A DNA stretch of 64,000 nucleotides. Origin: a virus. Both the position numbers and the translations under genes were made by a program. This document shows positions 1 to 8,128 of the stretch, piece by piece (the first letter of the stretch is position 1; each line of letters begins with the position of its first letter). The stretch is from positions 32,001 to 96,000 of the IMG/VR virus record IMGVR_UViG_3300027747_000004, one strand, 5' to 3'. The notes under the pieces are model-generated. The model was not told the DNA's origin. It worked only from the letters and a program-made list of their open reading frames with translations, and searched no databases.

Positions 1-51
1 CTGGTCAACCCCAAGCTGCGCGACCTGCTGACCCCACCCGAGGCCTTCTGA
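1..51 (+). CDS. 3' end of an upstream gene (partial)
   Basis: Frame 1 reads LVNPKLRDLLTPPEAF-stop with GC3-rich codons; truncated by window edge. Confidence 0.4.
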   Translation: MVNPKLRDLLTPPEAF

Positions 52-69
52 TAGACTCCGCGTCCGAAC

Positions 70-125
70 CCGGCTAGGGGTGGGGTAGCTCCCCACGCCG
101 AAAGCGCCTTATCCACGCCCGCCGT
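70..125 (+). promoter_or_regulatory. Putative structured RNA leader upstream of primase gene
   Basis: GTGGGG-TAGCT-CCCCAC hairpin, CCGAAA, GCG..CGC stem and closing CGGC..GCCG pairing. Confidence 0.35.
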
Positions 126-158
126 CGTTCCTTTCTCTGGATAGCAACTGGATAAGCA

Positions 159-2189
159 ATGTCACAACCAAATCCCGACCTGCCGCCGATCGGCAAGGTC
201 TTTAACGGCGGCAACATCCCCGCCGAGCTCAGGGCACTGCGCCGGTGGGCCGTGTGGAAGGCCGTGTGGAACGAGGGCCGCCAGAAGTACGACAAGATCC
301 CCTACAGCCCCCAGCACTTCGGCCTGAGCACCAAGAAGGTCTCCGAGTGGGGTGACTTCGACACCGCCTCCAAGGTCCTCACCCTCAACCCCACGCGCTA
401 CTCCGGCCTTGGCCTGGTGCTCACCGGCATGACCGACGTGGTGGGCATCGACCTCGACAACTGCCGCAAGGACGGCCAGATCGCCCCGTGGGCGCGCGAG
501 ATCGTCGACGCCATGGGCAGCTACACCGAGGTCAGCCCCAGCGGCACGGGCCTGCGGATCCTGGCCCTTGGCGAGTTCCACACCGACTGGAACAACCACG
601 ACGTGGGCATCGAGGTGTACAGCGGCCACACGCCACGGTTCCTCACCATCACCGGCGACACCAAGCTGGCCCGGCCCATGGCCGCCGCCCGCCCCGAGGT
701 GCTGCAGGGCCTGTTCGACGGCATGCGCAAGTCCACCATCAGCTCGGCCAACGTTATCCCGCTCGAGATGCCCGAGTTGGTCAACGAGCTGGCGCTGCCC
801 GACGTGGCCGACATGCCCATCCCAGAGGCCACGCGCGACCTGCTGCTGCACGGGCCGGGCCCCGACGTCAGCGACCGCTCAGGCGCCCTGCACGCAGCCG
901 GTGTGCAGCTCTACAGCGCGGGCTACGACGACGCCACGGTCCTGAGCATACTGGCGGCCAGCCAGCCGGTGATGGACATCGCCTTGGCCCACCGCCGGCA
1001 GGACCCCGACCGGGCGCTGGCTTACCTGTGGCTGGAGCACTGCACCAAGGCCAAGCCCAAGGCCACAACACCCACCGACATCCTGAGCGAGTTCGACGAC
1101 GTCTCAGCCGATCTGGAGGTGATCGCAAGCGCAAAAAAGGCGGCGGCCGCGGCCGTCATTCACGAGAACCGATTCAACATCGAGACGACCGCGGAGTTCG
1201 TTGTCAGGCGCAAGGCGACGTGGCTGATCAAGGGCGTGCTGCCCCGGGCCAATTTTGGCGTGTTCTACGGTGCCTCAGGCAGCGGCAAGAGCTTCTTCGT
1301 GTTTGACCTGGCCGCGGCCATCGCCCGGGGCGTCGACTGGCGGGGTAAGCGCACCACCAAGGCCCGCGTGCTGTGGATCGCGGCCGAGGGCCAGGAAGAC
1401 ATGCGCAAGCGCGTGCACGGCTACTGCATGGCGCAGGGCATCGAGCCCGGCGACTTGGAGATGTCGTTCATCAGCGACGCGCCCGACCTGCGCAACCTGG
1501 TCGACGTCAAGGCCCTGATCAAGCAGATCAAGAAAAAGGGCGAGTTCGACCTGATCGTCATCGACACGCTCGCGCAGGTCATGCCCGGGGGCAACGAGAA
1601 CAGCGGCGAGGACATGGGCATGGTCATGGGCCACTGCAAGGAGATCACGCGCGCAACGGGCGCTATGGTCGCCCCCGTCCACCACAGCGGCAAGGACGAG
1701 AGCCGGGGCGCCCGTGGCTGGTCGGGGCTCAGGGCGGCCTGCGACTTCGAGTTTGAGGTGATCCGCGTGGACGAAGATAGAGTCGCGACGGTGACCAAGA
1801 TGAAGGGCGGCGAGGACGGCGCGGAGTACGGCTTTCGCCTGCAGACCGTGGTGGTCGGCCAGGACGAGGACGGCGACGCTGAGACGACCTGCGTGGTGTC
1901 GTACACGGACAGCAGCCGGGCGACCGTGGTGGCCGCTGCCGGGCCCAAGGGCGACAACCAGAAGGTCATCATGGACAACGCGGTTTCCATGATCGACCTC
2001 GCGGGCGAGGGGGTTACGTTCAATGAGATTGTTTCGGTGGTCTGGCCGCTGTACCCACGGGGCGACGAGACCAAGCGCGACCAGCGCAAAAACAACGTCG
2101 GACGGGACCTGCGGGGGCTCATTTCGAGCGGTTTTTTGGTCCAAAACGACGCCGGCGTGGTCAGTCTGCCCCAGAAAAAGACCTTGTAA
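159..2189 (+). CDS. AEP primase-polymerase fused to RepA/AAA_25-type helicase (primase A)
   Basis: N-terminal GIDLDNC, YTEVSPSGTGLRI and IEVY motifs; C-terminal Walker A GASGSGKS, Walker B IVIDT, HHSGKD..RGARGWS. Confidence 0.9.
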   Translation: MSQPNPDLPPIGKVFNGGNIPAELRALRRWAVWKAVWNEGRQKYDKIPYSPQHFGLSTKKVSEWGDFDTASKVLTLNPTRYSGLGLVLTGMTDVVGIDLDNCRKDGQIAPWAREIVDAMGSYTEVSPSGTGLRILALGEFHTDWNNHDVGIEVYSGHTPRFLTITGDTKLARPMAAARPEVLQGLFDGMRKSTISSANVIPLEMPELVNELALPDVADMPIPEATRDLLLHGPGPDVSDRSGALHAAGVQLYSAGYDDATVLSILAASQPVMDIALAHRRQDPDRALAYLWLEHCTKAKPKATTPTDILSEFDDVSADLEVIASAKKAAAAAVIHENRFNIETTAEFVVRRKATWLIKGVLPRANFGVFYGASGSGKSFFVFDLAAAIARGVDWRGKRTTKARVLWIAAEGQEDMRKRVHGYCMAQGIEPGDLEMSFISDAPDLRNLVDVKALIKQIKKKGEFDLIVIDTLAQVMPGGNENSGEDMGMVMGHCKEITRATGAMVAPVHHSGKDESRGARGWSGLRAACDFEFEVIRVDEDRVATVTKMKGGEDGAEYGFRLQTVVVGQDEDGDAETTCVVSYTDSSRATVVAAAGPKGDNQKVIMDNAVSMIDLAGEGVTFNEIVSVVWPLYPRGDETKRDQRKNNVGRDLRGLISSGFLVQNDAGVVSLPQKKTL

Positions 2190-2217
2190 TTCTTTGCGTG
2201 TTTGTAAATAAATGCGT

Positions 2218-2323
2218 GCTTCAAATGCTTCAAAGTGCTTCAGAAGGCTTCAGAAGCAGTGCAAGTTGCTTCATTCGCTTCATCCCCCTTTAGGGGGTGA
2301 AGCGTGAAGCAGAAGTTTGAAGC
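2218..2323. repeat. Iteron-like array, putative replication origin A
   Basis: Six GCTTCA direct copies, central CCCCCT-TT-AGGGGG palindrome, three inverted TGAAGC copies, then an AT-rich tract; directly after primase A. Confidence 0.65.
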
Positions 2324-2384
2324 ACATGTGTGCAAAAAACAACAAACAAAAAATAAATAAAATTTTTTTTGCCTGAGGTGAAAA

Positions 2385-2407
2385 ATACAATAAAACCGTT
2401 GTATACT
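2385..2407 (+). promoter_or_regulatory. Early promoter -10 (TATACT) overlapped by inverted-repeat operator
   Basis: ATACAAT-N6-GTTGTAT; near-identical element at 5167-5189. Confidence 0.55.
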
Positions 2408-2465
2408 TCATCCATCGCAGCAAACACTGCGATGCTTCTTAAACACAAACAAACGGAGTTTCAAA

Positions 2466-2750
2466 ATGGCAAAAGCAAAACTGGTGGTGGAGTTGAACGA
2501 AAGCTCAGTGGACCGACTGGGCATGTTGTTGGCGCAGATCGCTGACCTGACCGCAGAGGCTGACGCGATCAAGGACGCGATCAAGAAGTCTGGTGAGAGC
2601 CGCGAGGGCGTGTTCTTCTCGGCATCGTTCGTTGACAGCGACCGCAAGATCTTCGACAAGGACTTCTTCATCGAGCAGCACGGCGCTGAGATGTACGACG
2701 ACTACACCAAGAACATCGTGGTGCGCTCGGTGCGCGTCACCTCCCGTTAA
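2466..2750 (+). CDS. Hypothetical early protein
   Basis: SD GGAG, coding-like codon usage. Confidence 0.8.
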   Translation: MAKAKLVVELNESSVDRLGMLLAQIADLTAEADAIKDAIKKSGESREGVFFSASFVDSDRKIFDKDFFIEQHGAEMYDDYTKNIVVRSVRVTSR

Positions 2751-2754
2751 ACCC

Positions 2755-2778
2755 CCCGCCCCTTCGGGGGCATTTTTT
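2755..2778 (+). terminator. Intrinsic terminator (copy 1)
   Basis: GCCCC-TTCG-GGGGC plus T run. Confidence 0.75.
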
Positions 2779-2791
2779 GAAAGACCTGACC

Positions 2792-3658
2792 ATGTTCCGT
2801 TACGCATCCTCTTCCAAGCAGTCCGAGTTCCGTTCGCAGCTGCCCCTGTCCAACGCCCAGATCGCCTACCACGCGCCCAGCGTGATGGCCACCGAGGCCC
2901 ACGAGTCCCGCGGTGAGCGCTACAGCTTCATCCCGACCATCCAGGTGATCGACGGCCTGCGCTCCGAGGGCTTCGAGCCCTACGAGATCCGCCAGACCAA
3001 GGTCCGCGACGCCGGCAAGCGTGAGCACACCAAGCACATGGTGCGCATGCGTCACCACAGCCAGATCACCACCAAAGACGAGGTGCCCGAGATCATCCTG
3101 CTCAACAGCCACGACGGCAGCTCGTCTTACCAGATCCTGTCGGGCGTGTTCCGCTTCGTGTGCTCCAACGGCCTGATCGCCGGCGACATGTTCGACAACG
3201 TGCGCGTCCGTCATACCGGCAACGTCGTGGACGACGTCATCGAGGGCGCTACCCGGGTCCTCGAGGACGCAAAGCAGATCGGCTACCGCATCGACGAGTA
3301 CAAGGGCATCACGCTGACCGGTGAAGAGCAGCGCGCCTTGGCCACCGCGGCCGTGCAGCTGCGCTGGGGCGACGAGGCACCGGTGCAGGCCACCCGCCTG
3401 CTGCAGGCCAACCGCTGGGAGGACCGCAAGGACGACCTGTGGACGACCTTCAACCGCGTGCAGGAGAACATGCTCAAGGGCGGCGTGCCCGGGCGCTCCG
3501 CAACCGGCCGTCGCACCACCACGCGGGCCGTGGGCGGCGTCACCGAGAACGTCAAGCTCAACAAGGCCCTGTGGACTTTGGCCGACAGCATGGCGGCCCT
3601 GAAGACGTCCCAGGCAGCCGACGCGTTCATCGCGAAGTACGAGCACGCGTACATGTAA
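2792..3658 (+). CDS. DUF932/DUF945 family protein (plasmid/phage early protein)
   Basis: APSV..HESR..RY..IPT, HTKHMVRMR, EIILLNSHDGSSSY, FRFVCSNG, DLWTTFNRVQEN. Confidence 0.88.
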   Translation: MFRYASSSKQSEFRSQLPLSNAQIAYHAPSVMATEAHESRGERYSFIPTIQVIDGLRSEGFEPYEIRQTKVRDAGKREHTKHMVRMRHHSQITTKDEVPEIILLNSHDGSSSYQILSGVFRFVCSNGLIAGDMFDNVRVRHTGNVVDDVIEGATRVLEDAKQIGYRIDEYKGITLTGEEQRALATAAVQLRWGDEAPVQATRLLQANRWEDRKDDLWTTFNRVQENMLKGGVPGRSATGRRTTTRAVGGVTENVKLNKALWTLADSMAALKTSQAADAFIAKYEHAYM

Positions 3659-3662
3659 ACAA

Positions 3663-3686
3663 CCCGCCCCTTCGGGGGCATTTTTT
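3663..3686 (+). terminator. Intrinsic terminator (copy 2)
   Basis: Identical 24 bp to 2755-2778. Confidence 0.75.
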
Positions 3687-3697
3687 AGGAGATAGCC

Positions 3698-4033
3698 ATG
3701 CAGACAGTAATTATCGGAAAGGCCCGCTACACCATACGCGACGACCGCGTTGGGTTCTTGGAGCAGGCGCTCAAGTGCACCGGCAAGCACAAGCCGGTGA
3801 AGGCCAAGGGCGGCGTGTCCCGCAACTTCCCCCGCTACGGTGCGCAGAGTAGCACCGCGGACTATGTCCGCGAGTACCACATCGCCAACGCCGGGGTCTA
3901 CACGGCCACCGACGGTAGGGGCAAGATCTACGGGCACAAGGAGTACGTGCAGTCGGTCCTGGACATGTACCAGCCCCTGAGCACGGGCATCACGGTGCCC
4001 GAGGGCGTGGACAGCATGGAGGTGGAGGCATGA
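3698..4033 (+). CDS. Hypothetical protein
   Basis: SD AGGAG; ATGA overlap with next gene. Confidence 0.8.
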   Translation: MQTVIIGKARYTIRDDRVGFLEQALKCTGKHKPVKAKGGVSRNFPRYGAQSSTADYVREYHIANAGVYTATDGRGKIYGHKEYVQSVLDMYQPLSTGITVPEGVDSMEVEA

Positions 4034-4257
4034 GCACCGCGGCCACAAAAACCCCCGCCAAACGGGCCAAAACGGCCGTTCCTGAGCCCGTGGCCGAGTA
4101 CCGCATGCCCACAGAGGTTGCGGACTGGATCAAGCGCGCAGAGGCCCGTATCACGTTCATGGCGGCCCAGATTTTGGAGTTGAAGGAGACCAACGCGAAG
4201 CTGCGCAGGGCGAACAAGGTAATGGAGGCCCGGGTCATGGGCCAGTCACAGGAGTAA
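4030..4257 (+). CDS. Hypothetical coiled-coil protein
   Basis: ATGA coupling, SD GGAGG. Confidence 0.75.
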   Translation: MSTAATKTPAKRAKTAVPEPVAEYRMPTEVADWIKRAEARITFMAAQILELKETNAKLRRANKVMEARVMGQSQE

Positions 4258-4260
4258 AGA

Positions 4261-4515
4261 ATGGAAAAAGAACTGAGCCCCCTCGCCCGGCAGCTGCTGG
4301 GCACCAACAACCACGTAAAGTTTTACACCCAGCAGGAGTTCGACCAGGCGCTGGCCTTGGCCAAGGCCGAGATCATGGCGGTGGCCGTGCAGACCACCAA
4401 GCACGCCATCGCGATCGAGAACGAGGCCTGCGCAGAGCTGGCCGAGCAGTGCGTCGACATCGAGCAGCTGGCCGACAAGATCCGCAACCGATGGAAGCGG
4501 CCGACGGCACATTGA
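4261..4515 (+). CDS. Hypothetical protein
   Basis: SD GGAG; ENEACA..A..IRNR pattern common in small phage proteins. Confidence 0.75.
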   Translation: MEKELSPLARQLLGTNNHVKFYTQQEFDQALALAKAEIMAVAVQTTKHAIAIENEACAELAEQCVDIEQLADKIRNRWKRPTAH

Positions 4516-4516
4516 A

Positions 4517-4538
4517 CTTTACAAAACTTTACAATTGA
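4517..4538 (+). repeat. 22-bp direct repeat upstream of early promoters
   Basis: CTTTACAAAACTTTACAATTGA, exact copy at 5136-5157. Confidence 0.8.
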
Positions 4539-4605
4539 GCATGCCTCAAACTGTAACTTCGTGTTACAGTAGAGGCTCTTCAACACACACACACTGGAGT
4601 TCACC

Positions 4606-4854
4606 ATGACCAAGACCCTTCTCGAAATTGCTGTCAGCCGCCTGCACAAGGCAGGATACCGCGCATCGCCGTCCAACATGTACGGTGGCTACATCACCGT
4701 GCTGGTGCCCGCGGACGGCGGACACAACCGCGTGACGATCCACCACACTGAGCTGTATTCCTTCCTGAATGCCCGCACGCCATGGAAGCACAACGCGCCC
4801 CTGAACCCTGAGTTCCGTGGCGCAGACCGCGCACGGATTGGCGAAGACTACTGA
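4606..4854 (+). CDS. Hypothetical protein
   Basis: AC-rich leader plus SD GGAG. Confidence 0.7.
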   Translation: MTKTLLEIAVSRLHKAGYRASPSNMYGGYITVLVPADGGHNRVTIHHTELYSFLNARTPWKHNAPLNPEFRGADRARIGEDY

Positions 4855-4877
4855 TCAACCGAGCAGGAGAAACCATC

Positions 4878-5111
4878 ATGCAAACCACCACTTTTACAGC
4901 ACTTATTGCAAATAACGCATGGATTCTGCGTTTGGTTAATGGCCCTCATATGGGTCTTGAAGAGGTCAAACAGCATTGGCCTGAAGCTAAGTGGATCTTG
5001 CCCTTTCGCCGCAATGAGTGCGGTGATATTTGCGTTCAGTATGCAATTGAGGGCGAGGAGGCCATGAAGTATGGCTTCAAGCAAAATCAGAAATTTCAGT
5101 TTCAGGCATAA
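4878..5111 (+). CDS. Hypothetical protein (AT-richer than neighbours)
   Basis: SD AGGAG; followed by hairpin 5117-5135. Confidence 0.65.
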   Translation: MQTTTFTALIANNAWILRLVNGPHMGLEEVKQHWPEAKWILPFRRNECGDICVQYAIEGEEAMKYGFKQNQKFQFQA

Positions 5112-5116
5112 ATCAA

Positions 5117-5140
5117 ACGGGGCTTCGGCCCCCGTCTTTA
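5117..5140 (+). terminator. Probable terminator
   Basis: ACGGGGC-TTCG-GCCCCCGT followed by CTTT. Confidence 0.55.
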
Positions 5141-5166
5141 CAAAACTTTACAATTGACCCCAACAA

Positions 5167-5189
5167 ATACAACAAAAGGGTTGTATACT
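5167..5189 (+). promoter_or_regulatory. Early promoter/operator (copy 2)
   Basis: ATACAAC-N6-GTTGTAT perfect inverted repeat overlapping TATACT. Confidence 0.55.
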
Positions 5190-5220
5190 TCGTCCATACC
5201 AACACACACTGGAGTAAAAA

Positions 5221-5388
5221 ATGCACAACCCAATCACCGATTCCAAAGTCATCGGACGCGCACCGGACGGCTCGCCTTTGCGCACCTGGGCTGAAGGCTC
5301 ACGCACCTTCGTCGAGACCTACGGCTACTTCACCGCAACATCTGGCACCCGCTACGGCGTGGTGCTCGTTGTTGAGACCACCGCCTAA
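5221..5388 (+). CDS. Hypothetical 55-aa protein (not in ORF track)
   Basis: SD GGAG; MHNPITDSKVIG..VETTA. Confidence 0.6.
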   Translation: MHNPITDSKVIGRAPDGSPLRTWAEGSRTFVETYGYFTATSGTRYGVVLVVETTA

Positions 5389-5410
5389 CACACCCACACA
5401 GGAGATCACC

Positions 5411-5608
5411 ATGGACCACACCACAATCACCACAGAGATCGGCACCCGCGTCAGCGTGGACGCGTACGAGAACTGGGACACCAAAGGCGCCCCGGACAAC
5501 GTCTGGCTCAGCATCGCTGTGCCCATGGCCAGCGCGAGCGTGGTGCTGACACCCGCCCAGGCCAAGGAGTTGGCCGCAACCCTGATCGCCTTCGCGGAGG
5601 CCGCATGA
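5411..5608 (+). CDS. Hypothetical protein
   Basis: SD AGGAG before ATG 5411. Confidence 0.7.
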   Translation: MDHTTITTEIGTRVSVDAYENWDTKGAPDNVWLSIAVPMASASVVLTPAQAKELAATLIAFAEAA

Positions 5609-5745
5609 GCCGCGAGGAGTACCTGGCCCGGCGCGAGTGGCTGATGGACACCTACGGCTTCACGGGCCAGGAGGCCTTTGAGGCCGCGTACTACGACAAC
5701 GACCCCGAGATGTGGGTCGGCAGCGAGTGGGAGGTGACGGCATGA
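5605..5745 (+). CDS. Hypothetical acidic 46-aa protein (not in ORF track)
   Basis: ATGA overlaps at both ends; MSREEYLARREW.. Confidence 0.6.
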   Translation: MSREEYLARREWLMDTYGFTGQEAFEAAYYDNDPEMWVGSEWEVTA

Positions 5746-5948
5746 ACATCGACCGAATTCCAACCTGCGCGGTCTGCCGTAGGCCCGTGGACAGTTTCAC
5801 CGTGGAGTACGACCCGACTCGGGATGTGCGAGTGTTCCGGGCGGACTGCCATGGGGAGACGCAGCAGGTGGCGCTCACGTCAGTGTTCATGCTGAACGCG
5901 GACCACGTAGAGATGGGCCTGGCGTTCGAGAGGTTGGCTTTGCGATAA
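5742..5948 (+). CDS. Small Cys-containing (Zn-ribbon-like) protein
   Basis: CAVC...CHG; SD GGAGG. Confidence 0.6.
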   Translation: MNIDRIPTCAVCRRPVDSFTVEYDPTRDVRVFRADCHGETQQVALTSVFMLNADHVEMGLAFERLALR

Positions 5949-5953
5949 ACTCC

Positions 5954-5977
5954 GCCCCAACGCGCTGAGAGATGCGC
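5954..5977 (+). promoter_or_regulatory. Conserved late-gene leader hairpin
   Basis: GCCCCAA-C-GCGC-TGAGAGAT-GCGC just before terS SD; recurs at 17022-17047. Confidence 0.5.
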
Positions 5978-5990
5978 TAAGGAGCAGAGT

Positions 5991-6488
5991 ATGGCAACAG
6001 GAAAAAAATTGGGTCGTCCGCCGGGCGGCTCCATCTACCCCAACAAAGAGCTGATAAAGGACGAGATCGTCGCGTGGCTGTCTGAGGGCAAGACGCTGCG
6101 CGATTACTGCCGTCAGGAGGAGCGCCCGTCGTTCAAAACGATATACGATTGGGAGGCGCAAGACGCAGATTTCGCCACACGCATCGCGCGAGCTCGGGAC
6201 ATCGGCTCGGACTCCATCGCCGACGAGTGCCTTGCAATTATTGACGCGGAGCCCCTTGCGGTGTTCGACGAGGCCGGCAACAAGCGCTACGACTCCGGCA
6301 GCATCGCGTGGAACAAGAACCGCGCCGAGCAGCGCATCAAGCTGCTGGCAAAGTGGAACCCGCGCAAGTACGGTGACCGCACCGTGGTGGCCGGCGACGA
6401 TCAGGCGCCTTTGGTAACCGAGGTCAAGTTCGACATATTCGGCGAGCTGCTGAAGAACATCGCGCTCACGCGCCAGGCCAATGACTGA
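5991..6488 (+). CDS. terS: Terminase small subunit A (Sf6-like)
   Basis: GRP, G.TL..YC...PS..TIYDW HTH, LLAKWNPRKYGD; upstream of terL. Confidence 0.85.
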   Translation: MATGKKLGRPPGGSIYPNKELIKDEIVAWLSEGKTLRDYCRQEERPSFKTIYDWEAQDADFATRIARARDIGSDSIADECLAIIDAEPLAVFDEAGNKRYDSGSIAWNKNRAEQRIKLLAKWNPRKYGDRTVVAGDDQAPLVTEVKFDIFGELLKNIALTRQAND

Positions 6489-6684
6489 CAGGGTACCCAT
6501 GCCGGAAATAGTCTGGGGCGAGTTCTGGACCCCGCCGGTGGACGACGACTTACCTATACCCGAGGGCGTAGAGTTTGACCCAGAAACCGGGCGCTACCGG
6601 CGCGCTTTGGACAAAACGGCGCGCAATGCTTGGCTGCAGCGCGAGATGTCAGACATTCGAGCGTGGCTGAAGGTGGCGCAGTGA
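6481..6684 (+). CDS. Hypothetical protein between terS and terL
   Basis: Overlaps both neighbours. Confidence 0.6.
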   Translation: MTDRVPMPEIVWGEFWTPPVDDDLPIPEGVEFDPETGRYRRALDKTARNAWLQREMSDIRAWLKVAQ

Positions 6685-8099
6685 GCCAGGTCGCCGAGCT
6701 GCTGCAGGACCCCGCGGTCCGCGAGAAGTACGCCAAGCTGCCCGACACGATGCGCACCGCCTTCGACTGGCGGGCGCGGTGGCTCATGAAGGCGCACAAG
6801 TTCCAGCTTGAGCCCATGGACCAGCCTTGGTCGATCTGGCTGATGCTCGGCGGCCGCGGCTCGGGCAAGACGCGCACGTCGGCCGAGACCATCGGCTGGT
6901 GGGCGTGGGAGCAGCCCGGCACGCGGTGGCTGCTGGCGGCCCCCACCGGCTCGGACATCCGGGCGACCTGCATTGAGGGCGAGTCAGGCCTATTGGCCGT
7001 CATCCCGCCGACGCTGGTGGAGAAGTACAACAGCTCGCTGCACGAGATCACGCTGGTCAACGGCTCGCTGATCAAGGGCATCCCGGCGTCTGAGCCCGAG
7101 CGCTTTCGCGGCGGCCAGTGGCACGGCGCATGGTGCGACGAGCTCGCGGCGTGGGACTACCTGCAGGAGGCGTGGGACATGATCCAGTTCGCGGTCCGAC
7201 TGGGGCAGCACACGCGCATCATCTGCTCCACCACGCCCAAGCCCAAGCCCGTGGTCATGGACCTGATCGACCGCAACGGCGACGACGTCGTGGTGACCAC
7301 CGCGTCGACCTACGTCAACATCAAGAACCTGGCCCCGTCGTTCCAAAAGCAGATCCTGCAGTACGAGGGCACCAAGCTCGGCCGCCAGGAGATCCACGCC
7401 GAGATCATTGACCCGGAGGAGTCGGGCATCGTCAAGCGCGACTGGTTCCGCCTGTGGCCCAACGGCCGGCCCTTCCCCAAGTTCGAGTACGTGGTGCAGA
7501 GCGTGGACTGCGCGGCCTCGGAGAAGACGCACAACGACCCGACGGCGCACATCACCTTCGGCGTGTTCAAGCCCGAGGACGGCGGCATGTGCGCGATGGT
7601 GATCGACTGCTGGCAGGACCACCTGCAGTACCCCGACCTGCGCCCGCGCATCCTGGACGAGTACGAGACGGTGTACGGCGAGGGCCGCGAGAAGAAGCGC
7701 GTGGACCTGCTGCTGATCGAGGACAAGAGCGCCGGCATCAGCCTGCTGCAGGACCTGCGCCGGGCCGGCGTGCCCGTGCAGGCCTACAACCCGGGCCGGG
7801 CCGACAAGATCCAGCGCCTGTCCATCGTGGCCAACATCATCAAGGCCGGGCGCGTCTGGATCCCCGAGTCGGGCAACCGCAAGGGCTTCGTGCGCGACTG
7901 GGCCGAGGGCATGGTCAGCCAGGTCTGCAGCTTCCCCGAGGGCACGGCGCACGACGACTTTGTTGACGCCATGAGCCAGGCTCTGCGATACTTGCGCGAC
8001 GCGGGGTGGCTGACCATTGACTTCCCGCGGGAGTGGGTGGACGAGGAGGACTACGCCGACGCCAACCCGCGCAAGAGGGAAAACCCATACGCGGTATAA
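6681..8099 (+). CDS. terL: Terminase large subunit A
   Basis: GGRGSGKT Walker A, WCDE Walker B, STTP, nuclease VDCA / IEDKSAG / HDDFVDA; GTG start coupled to upstream stop. Confidence 0.95.
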   Translation: MSQVAELLQDPAVREKYAKLPDTMRTAFDWRARWLMKAHKFQLEPMDQPWSIWLMLGGRGSGKTRTSAETIGWWAWEQPGTRWLLAAPTGSDIRATCIEGESGLLAVIPPTLVEKYNSSLHEITLVNGSLIKGIPASEPERFRGGQWHGAWCDELAAWDYLQEAWDMIQFAVRLGQHTRIICSTTPKPKPVVMDLIDRNGDDVVVTTASTYVNIKNLAPSFQKQILQYEGTKLGRQEIHAEIIDPEESGIVKRDWFRLWPNGRPFPKFEYVVQSVDCAASEKTHNDPTAHITFGVFKPEDGGMCAMVIDCWQDHLQYPDLRPRILDEYETVYGEGREKKRVDLLLIEDKSAGISLLQDLRRAGVPVQAYNPGRADKIQRLSIVANIIKAGRVWIPESGNRKGFVRDWAEGMVSQVCSFPEGTAHDDFVDAMSQALRYLRDAGWLTIDFPREWVDEEDYADANPRKRENPYAV

Positions 8100-8128
8100 A
8101 ATGCCCGCAAACCACGCAGGACCCAGCC

